A DNA stretch of 63,175 nt, counting the filler, from Trichomonas gallinae (lineage: Eukaryota): NCBI GenBank assembly GCA_008369845.1. It is 5 parts of 5 records of this genome, joined end to end, with 100 filler letters (N's around TTAATTAATTAA, not from the genome) between each part and the next. Parts side by side here need not be neighbours in the genome. Positions count along the whole stretch, not along the records: positions 13,822 to 37,047 come from MRSU01000050.1; positions 37,148 to 59,677 come from MRSU01000051.1; 3 more parts are not named here. One strand, given 5' to 3'. The notes beneath the pieces are model-generated. The model had not been told where the DNA came from. It did not search any database and was given only the letters and a program-made list of their open reading frames with translations. Position 1 is the first letter of the stretch. Each line of letters opens with the position of its first letter. Positions 32,603 to 43,182 of the stretch are shown here, piece after piece. The position numbers and the translations under genes were made by a program.

Positions 32603-33959
32603 TCACTACTTTTTTTTTTACACGTTATTCGAAAAAGTGACTATTCGTGTAAACTTTACATTATTAACCATAAAAATATATCATTATGTATAGCTTTGAA
32701 CAGTTCATGAATAACAAAAATGAGTCTGGCTGTTTCATATCTGCCCAATATTTCTCACAATAAAACAGTTATGATGGAAAATATGATATAATAACTTGTT
32801 TGATATTGATGGGAGTTGTTTCTAGCTTAAAAATGTATTTGATCTTTTATAGCAAGTCCATAATATTGAATTGTTTCTAGCTTAAAAATACTTAAATTGG
32901 TTTTTGTTAATTGAGTATTGCTTATTTAAGAATTTGCATTGATTACTATTCCAGAAATTGTGAGAAATAGTTTGTTAACTTCATTATAATCTTCTTCTGA
33001 TGTGTTAATCAAAGTTTTGAAGCTTTAATCAATGCTGTTTATATATTCGCTCATATAGTTGCATAAAATCAATGTTATTGCTTATTAATTAGCAACATTG
33101 GCATTATAAAATAGTCTATTTCTATTTGTTTAATGATTTATTGACTAACTCTTATCAATTGAACCAATAAGATCGTGAGCAAGAGTATTTACATCAGCAA
33201 TGAGAATAGTCCGATTTAATATATAATATATTGATTGGGATATGAATGTAACCAAACATTTCAAACTTCAATTTCAATAAATTCTGAAAGGAAATATATT
33301 AATTTGAATATGAACTATATTGTAGCTCTAACATTGAATGCACTCGGCTAATTGATAGATTTAAGAGATCAATGCACAAGAAATAAAAAGGATCAAAACA
33401 TTTTTTATCTATATCTTCCATATGTCATTCAATGACAGTCATTGTACCTAATTATAGAGTTTGAGCTAAACTGCTAAGCTATTTCGATGTTTCACTCCTG
33501 AACTTGGTTTTGCCACTTTGCACCCCTCTAAATTGAATATTTCCTCGAAAAAATTTAAAAACTGCTTTGTTATGAAATATATTGATTCCTTTCTATGGCA
33601 CATGATGATGCACAAAGATTCAGTCCCAAAATATAAAGAATTCCTTGATTCTGTCATGACAGATTTGTAAACCACACAAAATCGACAATGTATAAATGAG
33701 TCATTATATTGAAGGTACTTATTCAAACAAATCTGCGAATTTGTTGATTACTGGCTGTTAAATCATTATACAGCATCAAAACTAAAATCCGCAGCCTGAT
33801 TTGACCATATCAGCGCAGCAATCAAAATTGAATGCGTTACATTGAATCACAATTTTTTTCTTTCCATTAAACATATCTATAAGTCGTGTAGTTAAATATG
33901 TGATGTAAAGTGTCAAATTGTGTATTCAATTGTTTTATAAGTGACCATTATCATAAAAA

Positions 33960-34652
33960 ATGGCGAGTTCTCCCTATCTCGTTTATTTTGCTGGTGATTT
34001 ATTCGACCAGAAGCACCTCACAGGTAATGCCCTTCTTGCAGAAATGATCGAGAAGGTTTCTAAAGGAAAATACAAATTGCATTTGCCACAAAACAAAGAA
34101 ACAATTGAAGGTAGAGGAGTTATCGTTAAGAACGATGCTATAGAGAATGTAATTCGTGATAGAGATTTAGAGAATTTGTTGAAATGTGATGTAGCAGTTT
34201 ACAATTTCGATGGTACAGATCTCGACTCTGGCACAGTTGTCGAGTTTTGCTATGGCAAGATGGTTGACATTCCTTGCGTCCAGCTTAGAACCGATATCCG
34301 CCTTAATGGTGATCAAGACAAAGGTGGAGATCCATGGAATCTTATGGTTTCAGGCTTCCCAAGAACAAAGTCACTTTGCCTTTGCTCTCTTTTGATGTGG
34401 CACGAAATTATCGAAAAGTACCATACACTTCCTGAGCAATTAAATGCTTTCCATAAAGCAATTGCAGAGAAGATCGTTGAAACTCTTGATTATGTTATCT
34501 CACAAGAATCTATCTTCAAGAAGAACAAAGAACAAGCTAAATTGGCTTATTCTCTTGCTATTAAGTCAGCAGGTGGCCAACTTTACAAAGTTCTCCCAGA
34601 GGAGACTGTCAATAAGTTGGTTGACATCAAGTTCGAAAAGGGACTCATTTAA
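33960..34652 (+). CDS. Nucleoside 2-deoxyribosyltransferase family protein (bacterial-type)
   Basis: VYFAGDLF...LPQ...DLENLLKCDVAVYNFDGTDLDSGTVVEFCYG...LRTDIR, with the catalytic Glu in SGTxxE. Confidence 0.88.
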   Translation: MASSPYLVYFAGDLFDQKHLTGNALLAEMIEKVSKGKYKLHLPQNKETIEGRGVIVKNDAIENVIRDRDLENLLKCDVAVYNFDGTDLDSGTVVEFCYGKMVDIPCVQLRTDIRLNGDQDKGGDPWNLMVSGFPRTKSLCLCSLLMWHEIIEKYHTLPEQLNAFHKAIAEKIVETLDYVISQESIFKKNKEQAKLAYSLAIKSAGGQLYKVLPEETVNKLVDIKFEKGLI

Positions 34653-35070
34653 TCTTTCTATCAAACTATTAAAAATCTTTCTTTATCTATGTCTATCGTA
34701 TATACTCTAGCATTTATATTTGATAATTATGATCATTATGGAATATAAAGTAAATAATTTCAGTTTTGATAATATTATCATTGATTTAAGCAATCATTAA
34801 AAGAAAATAAAGTATACATGATTTAGTGTGTTATATATAAATGCATTTGCCAATTCATTATATATCAAATTTTTTGAAATTTGATAAATCAAAAATCACA
34901 AAGATACATATGATGAATAAAATAAACTTATTCAAATGCTTAATCTAAAATTAAAAATTATAAAACATTTTTAAATTTGTCAGTATGACTTGAAATAGCT
35001 ATAATTTTGATTACATAGCAATGAGAAAATATAGACTGCAATTTAAACACAAAACAAACATATATTTATT

Positions 35071-37047
35071 TTATTCATCATAATTCATTGTTGAGTTGCT
35101 GACGAACAGCCACTCAAATGTAAACTTGTATTCTTCTGATGGAGGAACAATCCTCAGCGAAAGTTTGTCGACCTGCGGTCCAATATCGAACATGTTTAGC
35201 CTTTCTGGAAGCTGAATTGCAGGATAAATCTTTTCTGCTATGTATCTAGCGAGCGGGCCTTTTCCTCTTAATCTTGATTCACTGCAGCTTCCCAAAAGGA
35301 CTTGACTGAGTGTTATAAAGTTCAACAGGTTGGGAAATGCAGCGTTAAAGTTTTCAGAGAAGCAGTTGAATGTGCCCTGAACTTTCCTGATGTTTTCAAG
35401 GAGTGTCTGGATGTTCTCGTTTGTGATTTTATCGCCGCTTTCTATGATAAAATTAAACACCAGGCTGTCAAGATAGCTGCAGCATTTAACAATGATAAGT
35501 TGTATCATCATTTCAGGAAGTTTCATTTTATCGTCTTGGCTTAAAACAACTTTTATTGTATCGGAGAGAGATTTCATAGATTCTTCGTTGACAAAGTTGA
35601 AAGGATCAGTGTTGATTCTCTGTCCAATTGTCGCGATGAGAAGTTGTATGACAATGGCAAGTGATTTTGAGATGTAAAACTCAAGTTCATGGAGAACGCT
35701 CAAGTGACAAGATGTTGTTTCGCTTGCTATGTTTAAGATATGCTGCCCGAGCCTGATAAGAGAAGATAGGAAGACTACGCGGTCGTTTATTCCATCGATC
35801 TTTTGAGAGCAAGTTATTATCGTCTTGAAATATGTGCTGAAGATAGTATCAACTTCTGATTGCTTAAGATCTATTAAAGAAAAGATCCTGTATTTTGCAA
35901 GAGTTTCATAAATTCTTTCTGCGAAGTTGTAAATACTAAACTTAACATTGGCATAGTAATGGGAAATACGAGCGATTTCTAGTGTGCAGCGTTTGAGTGT
36001 GTATGACCTTAATTTGTCCATTATCTCTGAAGCTCCAATTTTTTCCGCCGCCTTGACAATGTAATGATAAACGACTTCTTGTGTTTCAACTATTTCCTCT
36101 TCCACGTATTCGTATTCATACTCGGCTTCCTCCTCTTCGAACTCTTCTTCTTTGGCATTCTCCTCAGTTGAAGCAATTTCGGGCTTGGTTTTGACTTCAA
36201 CTGGTTGAGGAGCTGAAATAATCTCTATTTGATCTAATTCGTTTTGTGCCTGTTTGGAAACAACTGCATGATTCTGTTCTTTTTCTATGTGGGTAACTTT
36301 TGTTGGCTTAGGTTTATTCTGTTCGATTTTTTCTTTGAGAAGGCGCTCAGCTTCCCTTCTTTCCAGCTGAATTCTCATCTGTTCTTCTTGCTTCTTTCTC
36401 TCTTCTGTTTCTTGGCGCAATTTCTCCATCTCTTCTTCTTCCTTTCTTATCCTTTCCTCTTCCTCCTTACGTAATCTTTCTTCTTCCTCCTTACGAAGTC
36501 TTTCTTCTTCCTCCTTACGTAATCTTTCTTTTTCTTCTTTACGAAGTCTTTCATCTTCTTCCTTTCTTATCCTTTCTTCTTCCTCCTTACGTAGTCTTTC
36601 TTCTTCCATCTTTCTTATTTTCTCTTCTTCCTCTTTACGTTTCTTTTCTCCTTCTAAGCGAAGTTTCTCTTCCCTGCATAATCTTTCTTCTTCTTGTTCT
36701 TTTCTAAGTCTTTCTTTTTCTTCTTGCTCCTTACGCAATCTGTCCTCCTCTTCCTTCTTCAGTCTTTTTTTCTCTTCTGCCTCTTTGCGCAGTCTTTCTT
36801 GTTCCTCTTTCTCTTTACGTGCTTGTTCTTCCAGTTCTTTTTCTTTACGCAATCTCTCTTCTTCTTCCTTTCTCAGTCTCTCTTTCTCTTCCGCTTCTTT
36901 TCTAATCCTTTCTTGCTCTTCTAGTTCTTTTTGTTTCTTTTCTTCTTCTAAGCGGAGTTTCTCTTCTTCTTCCTTGCGCAATCTTTCTTCTTCTTGTAAT
37001 CTTTCTTGCTCTTTTCTGAGACTTTCTTCCTCTTCCTTGCGCAATCT
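35071..37047 (-). CDS. Charged coiled-coil/SAH (KEEEERLR repeats) protein with Dilute(DIL)-like C-terminal domain; 5' truncated by gap
   Basis: The frame is open from the gap edge. Tandem E/K/R repeats are followed by a globular region with QLIIVKCCSYLDSLVFNFII, reminiscent of DIL domains. Confidence 0.7.
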   Translation of the reverse strand, partial: RLRKEEEESLRKEQERLQEEERLRKEEEEKLRLEEEKKQKELEEQERIRKEAEEKERLRKEEEERLRKEKELEEQARKEKEEQERLRKEAEEKKRLKKEEEDRLRKEQEEKERLRKEQEEERLCREEKLRLEGEKKRKEEEEKIRKMEEERLRKEEEERIRKEEDERLRKEEKERLRKEEEERLRKEEEERLRKEEEERIRKEEEEMEKLRQETEERKKQEEQMRIQLERREAERLLKEKIEQNKPKPTKVTHIEKEQNHAVVSKQAQNELDQIEIISAPQPVEVKTKPEIASTEENAKEEEFEEEEAEYEYEYVEEEIVETQEVVYHYIVKAAEKIGASEIMDKLRSYTLKRCTLEIARISHYYANVKFSIYNFAERIYETLAKYRIFSLIDLKQSEVDTIFSTYFKTIITCSQKIDGINDRVVFLSSLIRLGQHILNIASETTSCHLSVLHELEFYISKSLAIVIQLLIATIGQRINTDPFNFVNEESMKSLSDTIKVVLSQDDKMKLPEMMIQLIIVKCCSYLDSLVFNFIIESGDKITNENIQTLLENIRKVQGTFNCFSENFNAAFPNLLNFITLSQVLLGSCSESRLRGKGPLARYIAEKIYPAIQLPERLNMFDIGPQVDKLSLRIVPPSEEYKFTFEWLFVSNSTMNYDE

Positions 37048-37147
37048 NNNNNNNNNNNNNNNNNNNNNNNNNNNNNNNNNNNNNNNNNNNNTTAATTAAT
37101 TAANNNNNNNNNNNNNNNNNNNNNNNNNNNNNNNNNNNNNNNNNNNN
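37048..37147. other. Assembly gap with artificial linker
   Basis: N44-TTAATTAATTAA-N44. Confidence 0.97.
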
Positions 37148-37290
37148 ACGCTGATGAAAATAATAAATGAAAAACTGCTGAACATCCATACATAATATCT
37201 GGCTTTAGTCTTCTTGCCAGCATACATTGGATGGTACTGATTGTATGTTGGGCGATGTGATGCAAATCTATACTTATAATTCTCTTGCAT
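37148..37290 (-). CDS. Possible gene 5' end running into the gap (MQENYKYRF...WMFSSFSFIIFIS, TM-like)
   Basis: ATG at 37290, frame open to the gap. A TGGCATGTAAA motif lies about 60 nt upstream. Confidence 0.4.
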
Positions 37291-37372
37291 AGATTTATAT
37301 TATATTTTTGATTTTACTTGTCAGATTTTAATTTTATTTGTCAATTTTCAGTTTACATGCCATTTTTCATTT

Positions 37373-37907
37373 CTAGGTAATGAATCTGTCAGCAAATAAA
37401 AGCTCGTAATTCATTACATCTTTTGCCTTGCTTGTTCTTTGCATGGCAACACAAAGAATTTTCACGAATTCAGAACAATAATATACTATTCTTTATTTGG
37501 ATTGTTCGTTTTGATATTAATCATTGGCATGATCATCTTCTTACTTCTTATCAGAGGAACAGCCAATTTCTTAAGTGAAATATCCAGAATCAATTAGCAT
37601 GCCTTTTTAATGTATTGCTTCTGAAGGCTAGTGGGAATACTTTGTGATTTTTCCACTCGAATTTATTTTTTAAGCAGATAACATCCGAATTGCATGATGA
37701 TGTTTCTGATTCTGCCTTGAGCTGATCGTAATTATCAATGTCATTGCATAAAAACTTAATTCTTCCAATACATCATCTCAACTCGTCGACTACTTCACGA
37801 ATATCTTGTCTGTCTCCTCTCTGCAATTTGATCATATCAGACGCCTCTAATCCAAGAAGTGTTTCTGAATAACTAGTCTTAGAACTGAATAAAGATCGAC
37901 TTTTCAT
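37373..37907 (-). pseudogene. Decayed ORF of unknown family (multiple stops and a frameshift)
   Basis: MKSRSLFSSKTSYSETLLGLEASDMIKLQRGDRQDIREVVDELR*CIGRIKFLCNDIDNYDQLKAESE..., with in-frame TGA at 37773-37775 and later stops. Coding-like composition. Confidence 0.5.
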
Positions 37908-38006
37908 ATAACCAATAAAAATTACTGACACTTTACATGTCAAATTTCTGATTTACAAAAAACTTTATTTTACATGACAAAAATCTATTGTTGGAAGATG
38001 AATCAA

Positions 38007-39509
38007 TTATTGGAAGATGAATTGGAAGCCTTCAGCACCACCAGCCGTGAAATGGAACTTTTTACCCGTTCCGCCTTGTGTGAAGAAGGATTCGACATTA
38101 TTGAAGAGATCACTAAGATCTTGGAAATCCATTCCTGGACCATTAGGCACTTGTGGATTATCAGGATCTATTCCATTATCATACATTTGCTTCTTTTGAG
38201 GATCACTGAGAATATCGAATGCAACATTGATTTTCTTCATCATTTGCTCCGCATCTTTCTTCTCTTCAACACCACGATGCCTGTCTGGATGCCATTTGAG
38301 TGTGGCTTTCCTGAAAGCAGTTTTAATTTCACTTTGTGTAGCATCTCTTGGGACTCCGAGGATCTTATAGTAGTCAACCATCGTCAATTCACGCTTCTTC
38401 TGCTGAGCCTTGTTCAAACCATCATTGGCTCGCTTATTATTTGGCCTTTTACGAAGAGCTGACTGGAAATCGTAAATAGCAGCGTCGTAGTCGCCATCTT
38501 CTATCAAGATTTCACCTCTTTCGATCTCAAATTCAGCGCAATTTGAAAAGTTTGCGATTGCTTCATTAAGAAAATGTAATGTTGCATTTTTATCGCTTGT
38601 TTTACGAACAATTTGTAGTCTGATGAGGTTGAGATTCATAACAAGCTCTGATTGGCCGGAACAATATTCGTAAGCAAGATCATATAATTTTGCGAGTGGC
38701 TTTTCAACATCTGAGATATTTCCAGCATTAAGGGCCTTTTTGGCAGCGATATATGTCTTTGACATTTCACGAACACGACTTTTTGCAATTCTGTATTCTT
38801 TTGGAGCGCCTTTGAACTTCAATGCGCTTGCAAAATGCTTGCTTGCGTCATCAAGCTTAGCATTGCATGTAGAAACAACACCTAAACGATACATTAAGGA
38901 TACATCATCTGGATATTGTGCTGGAAGATCTTTTGCAACTTCTCCGAAGCGTTCGTAATCCTTCAACTCCCAAGCAATATGAGAGCGATTGAGTTTTAGT
39001 TCATATGCATTCACAGCAACATCTAAAACGCGATCAAGGCATCTTCCGGCATCTTCAAGTTTTCCAGCGTTAAAGAAGTTCTTGTAGTCGTTGTATTTCG
39101 AAATAATGATGTTAATATCTCTTTGCGTTCTTTCGTTTCTAGAACTTTTTGCGTCTTCTAAAGCTTCGTTAAATAATCCGAGTTGTAAGTTTGCTCGTGC
39201 TCTTATTTGGTAGCATAGATGCTTTTCATCGAGATCTGCGTATTTATTATTGATTACAACTGATGATTCTTTCTTTGATTCTTGTGACATCGCCATATTA
39301 AGTGCGCATTCTGCTCTTAAACGAATTGCTTTGGCGTCAGCATTCTTGTAGTTGTCTCCAATTAGTTTTCCAGCTGCTTCATACGCATCCCAATATTTTT
39401 GGAAAGCCATAAGTTTCTCTATTTTACCTATAGGCGTATCCGGGAACTGCTGGAAACCAGGAAATTCGAATCCTGGTATATCAAAGAAACATAATATAGT
39501 AAAAAACAT
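38007..39509 (-). CDS. DNAJC3: TPR + J-domain co-chaperone, DNAJC3/P58IPK-like
   Basis: Hydrophobic N-terminus, TPR repeats, DYYKILGV...WHPD...YDNGIDP and GF-rich tail. Confidence 0.85.
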   Translation of the reverse strand: MFFTILCFFDIPGFEFPGFQQFPDTPIGKIEKLMAFQKYWDAYEAAGKLIGDNYKNADAKAIRLRAECALNMAMSQESKKESSVVINNKYADLDEKHLCYQIRARANLQLGLFNEALEDAKSSRNERTQRDINIIISKYNDYKNFFNAGKLEDAGRCLDRVLDVAVNAYELKLNRSHIAWELKDYERFGEVAKDLPAQYPDDVSLMYRLGVVSTCNAKLDDASKHFASALKFKGAPKEYRIAKSRVREMSKTYIAAKKALNAGNISDVEKPLAKLYDLAYEYCSGQSELVMNLNLIRLQIVRKTSDKNATLHFLNEAIANFSNCAEFEIERGEILIEDGDYDAAIYDFQSALRKRPNNKRANDGLNKAQQKKRELTMVDYYKILGVPRDATQSEIKTAFRKATLKWHPDRHRGVEEKKDAEQMMKKINVAFDILSDPQKKQMYDNGIDPDNPQVPNGPGMDFQDLSDLFNNVESFFTQGGTGKKFHFTAGGAEGFQFIFQ

Positions 39510-39809
39510 GCGGCCAAATATTTTAGGTCACTTTTTTACTAAAATCTTATTCACAAAGCAAAATCTTTTGAGAAACATATATTGCTTATCTAGTGCTTCT
39601 GCTTATATATGGCCACGACATTTTATATATAGAATGCCGAATCCTAATTCATAATTTTGATATTTCATAATAAATTTTTCACGATCATTATGATAGTATC
39701 ATGATTCCAATTAAATATTCTATAGGTTTAATAGATATTTCTATGTTGCTGAGACTAAATAAACATTTTATATTAACTTTGTAAAATAAAATGAAATTCC
39801 AGGGTTTTC

Positions 39810-40080
39810 ACATTATAGTATGATCTATAAGTTCTATAATAAGAATCTTATGATATAATAATATGTTATAACCATATACAAATTATTTTATCTCAATGAA
39901 TTTCAAGTTTCATTGAAGAATTGAGCTTTAACATTATAATATTATGATCTATTAGTTAGAAAATAAGAATTTCATGATATAATAATATGGTATAACCATA
40001 TGTAATTTAAAATATATCAATCAATAAAAAATTTTATTGAAGAATTGACAATTTGCATAACGAAAAATATGATCTAATAG
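39810..40080. repeat. Degenerate direct repeat, about 124-bp unit x ~2.2
   Basis: TATGATCT at 39819, 39943 and 40068, with shared ATGATATAATAATATGxTATAACCATAT and ATTGAAGAATTGA blocks. Confidence 0.8.
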
Positions 40081-40502
40081 TTATGTATGGTTTATTGACA
40101 AATTATCATTGCGATAAAATTAGTTTTTATTTTTGTCAAAATTAACAAAAAAAGTTAGATAAATTATCACGACACGGAGAACTTATGCCGTATGCGTGAG
40201 AAAACAGCCGGACATAGAGGCACACGACGATTTGGCCTTTGATCGAAAGAAAAAAATTGTTTTTTATTGATTAATGGTTTTATTTCGAGTCCAATCATTT
40301 TAGAGTGTTATATAATTAGGTAAAAACATAAAAATCAGACATAGCTAATACAGTTTGTCTAAATCAAAAATAAAGTCATCTCACCACTCCTTTTTTTCAT
40401 CAAAAAGCGGGGTAAAATGGTGATATTATGGGCGATTTTTTATTTTATTTCGCATGTTATAATTGAAACAAACCGTTTTAGGAATCATTTACCTAACTTC
40501 AC

Positions 40503-41321
40503 ATGAGTGAGGATTCTAAAATCAAAGAAGTATACCAGCTCCTCAGGCATATTCAGCCATCAAAAATCGAGCGCCGCCGTGAGGATGCTATCGTATTAGC
40601 TCCAGATTTGGAAGACGAAATTCTCCAGACAGTCGATGTTCCACTCACAATCAAGCAGGATGAGATCAAGAACGCTCCATTCATCGCCTGTGAGTTTAAC
40701 CGTGATCTTGACAGCTACAGATCTCCAATCAGCAACGAATACTTCCCACCACTCCCAGATGGACAGAAGCTTCCAAAGCGCCTTCGCAATATCGAAATCA
40801 AGGCCAACACAGCTTTCAATGCTTATGCCCATCTTTACTACAACGGCGGCATCTGCTCTGTCTATCTTTGGGAAATTGATGATAAGGTCTTCGGATGTGG
40901 TGTCTTTATCAAGAACGAAATCGATACAGAGCTTCGCACTGGTGAGCACATGAAGGGCTCCATCAACTGCGCAGACACAATCGAAGTTGATGAATCCAAC
41001 GAAACAGCTGTTTATACACTTACATCATCAGCTATTGTTAACGTCGAACTTAACGTCGGCATTGGCACACCACTCACAATCTCTGGCTCTACATCTGACA
41101 AGAAGGTAAAGAAGGCTAAGTGGGCCAACGATGATGACCATATTGTTAATATTGGTCAGCTCGTTGAGTCTAACTCTGCTAACTTCAAGGATACAATCGA
41201 TGGTATCTTTGTCGGCAAGATGAAGCAGATTATGGATCTCCTTGCCAACAACGATGGCCGTGCTCAACAGGCTATGATGGCTGAGGCTTTCGCTGCCCAG
41301 GCCCGTGCCCGTGGAAAATAA
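40503..41321 (+). CDS. CAPZB: F-actin capping protein beta subunit
   Basis: LQTVDVPL...CEFNRDLDSYRSPISNEYFPPLPDG...LYYNGGICSVYLW...HIVNIGQLVE. Confidence 0.95.
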   Translation: MSEDSKIKEVYQLLRHIQPSKIERRREDAIVLAPDLEDEILQTVDVPLTIKQDEIKNAPFIACEFNRDLDSYRSPISNEYFPPLPDGQKLPKRLRNIEIKANTAFNAYAHLYYNGGICSVYLWEIDDKVFGCGVFIKNEIDTELRTGEHMKGSINCADTIEVDESNETAVYTLTSSAIVNVELNVGIGTPLTISGSTSDKKVKKAKWANDDDHIVNIGQLVESNSANFKDTIDGIFVGKMKQIMDLLANNDGRAQQAMMAEAFAAQARARGK

Positions 41322-41975
41322 ATTTATTTTCAAATTATCCTGATTCACTTTCGTCTTAAACAAAGTTTATTGATATGAATAACCCAGCCTGTTTTTGCTC
41401 CATTTTTTGGTAATGTTTTAGTAATTACTTAATTTTCGATATTTTATGCCATCGAAAATTATTTGACTTTACTTAACTATATCAAAATTCTACAATTTTT
41501 ATAACTTATAGCAGCCAAATGTTTATTCCTATAAGAAATTGTTTAATAATATTTTTTATCAAAATATAATATTCGCATAAAATGGTTCTAATATTTCTAT
41601 ATTATAATACACACATATATATACACACATTTTTCGTGTAATTAGACGCAAGAATTAAAATCAATTTTTCTCAAATAAAGATTGAGAAATCGTTATGCGG
41701 TTTTGACGCCATTTATAGATTGTATTGGTTGTTCTCAGCCTGTCAATTTAGAGAGTAAACAATGATGATTATTTACTCAAATGGTTTGAAAAACCTCAAT
41801 AAAATCTTAAATGAAATAATCTAAATGCAATTTTAATCTGTATAATGAGACAAGCTGTATAATGATAGCAAAATCAAGTATCTCCATTAAATTCATAAGT
41901 TGAATATTATAAATATTTGAAAATCATAACCGATTGACATTATAGTGTCAGGATATAGGAAATAGACTGTATTAT

Positions 41976-42485
41976 TTATTCGCTCTTGATCTTTAATGAG
42001 TTCTTTGGTGATGTAGCCAAGATTAATAAATTAACAAACAAATTCACCGCACTAATTATCAAACCACTTGGGCTTGAGTATGCTAGCGAAACAACTATAT
42101 GATATAATGAGATTAAGAATAAAACGATCTTAAAATGGTGGTGGCCATTCAATGTAAAGATCGAATTAGTAATTGTTTTAAGAGTTGATACTACTCCAAA
42201 TGGAAGAAGGGAATAAAATGCAATTGTTGGAGCTAATATTGAAATTTCGAACCCAAAGTCGAAAATTGGACCTGATCTGACGGTGTAAACAAAGATAATG
42301 AGTTCAATGAGTGCCGCGATGAACACGATAACTGACCAAACTATTTGTTCTAGGAAGTCTTGAGTTTGATAGCCAAAGACATGCCAGAGCTTAATGGCCA
42401 CGAGGAAAATGAAGATCAAAGCAATATTCAGCCAGAGTAAGAAGCTGAAGTCTATCATTGCTCCAATCATTTTTATCGAAAACAT
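41976..42485 (-). CDS. Hypothetical multi-pass membrane protein (about 5 TM)
   Basis: Several hydrophobic segments. ATG at 42485 follows AAAGTGAC, so the track's GTG start falls within the promoter motif. Confidence 0.7.
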   Translation of the reverse strand: MFSIKMIGAMIDFSFLLWLNIALIFIFLVAIKLWHVFGYQTQDFLEQIVWSVIVFIAALIELIIFVYTVRSGPIFDFGFEISILAPTIAFYSLLPFGVVSTLKTITNSIFTLNGHHHFKIVLFLISLYHIVVSLAYSSPSGLIISAVNLFVNLLILATSPKNSLKIKSE

Positions 42486-42946
42486 ATTTGATGTCACTTT
42501 TAGTGAATCCTATTTTATGCTTTTCCTCTAAACTCCAAATTTAGCATCCTTATAATGATTTCTCACCGAATACACTCTAAAAATCATTAATTAGCAATTT
42601 TTTTGACTTATTCTCGGATTTGAGTCAATTTTATGACTATCACTATGCTATCAAACAGCTTTTCTCGTCAAGTGCAAATGGTTGGCTACTTATTTACATT
42701 CTTTTCCAGATTAATTATAATTTCTGGTTGATCGAATGAAAATCAAGCAGGCAACTAAAATACTTCTATATATACATACTCCACAAATAAAAAGCTAAAA
42801 CTCGGCAAATTATTTTTTTTTAAATTAAAATTACAGGTACATTATGAATTAACCCTACATACACAAAACTTAGACAAAGATGAAAACAAATTTACTATAA
42901 TTTAAGGTATCCTTACCCGAGTAATGTAAATTCTTTTTTGTCAAAA

Positions 42947-43145
42947 TGACATGTAAATTGATCAAATATATAATATTGACATGTAAAATAATCAATTATT
43001 ATAATTATGACATGTAAATTGAGTAAAAATAAAATATTGACACGTAAACTTATCAAATATTAATATTGTCATGTAAATTAATCAAATATTAAATATGACA
43101 TGTAAAATAATCAAATAAAAAATGTTGACATGTAAATTATCAAAT
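42947..43145 (+). repeat. Tandem array, 7 x about 30 bp, each unit with TGACATGTAAA-like core, directly upstream of Rab
   Basis: Cores at 42947, 42977, 43008, 43038, 43067, 43096 and 43126. Confidence 0.9.
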
Positions 43146-43182
43146 TGTTGATTTCAGAAAATATGATGCCTTTTCAAATTTT

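Noticed and set aside
36420..37047. Purine/pyrimidine-skewed tandem repeats as satellite DNA
   Set aside because: Fully explained as coding repeats of the KEEEERLR helix.
42947..43145. CRISPR-like appearance of the 30-bp periodic array
   Set aside because: The conserved part is only 11 bp, the spacers are related AT-rich sequence, there are no cas genes and the context is eukaryotic.
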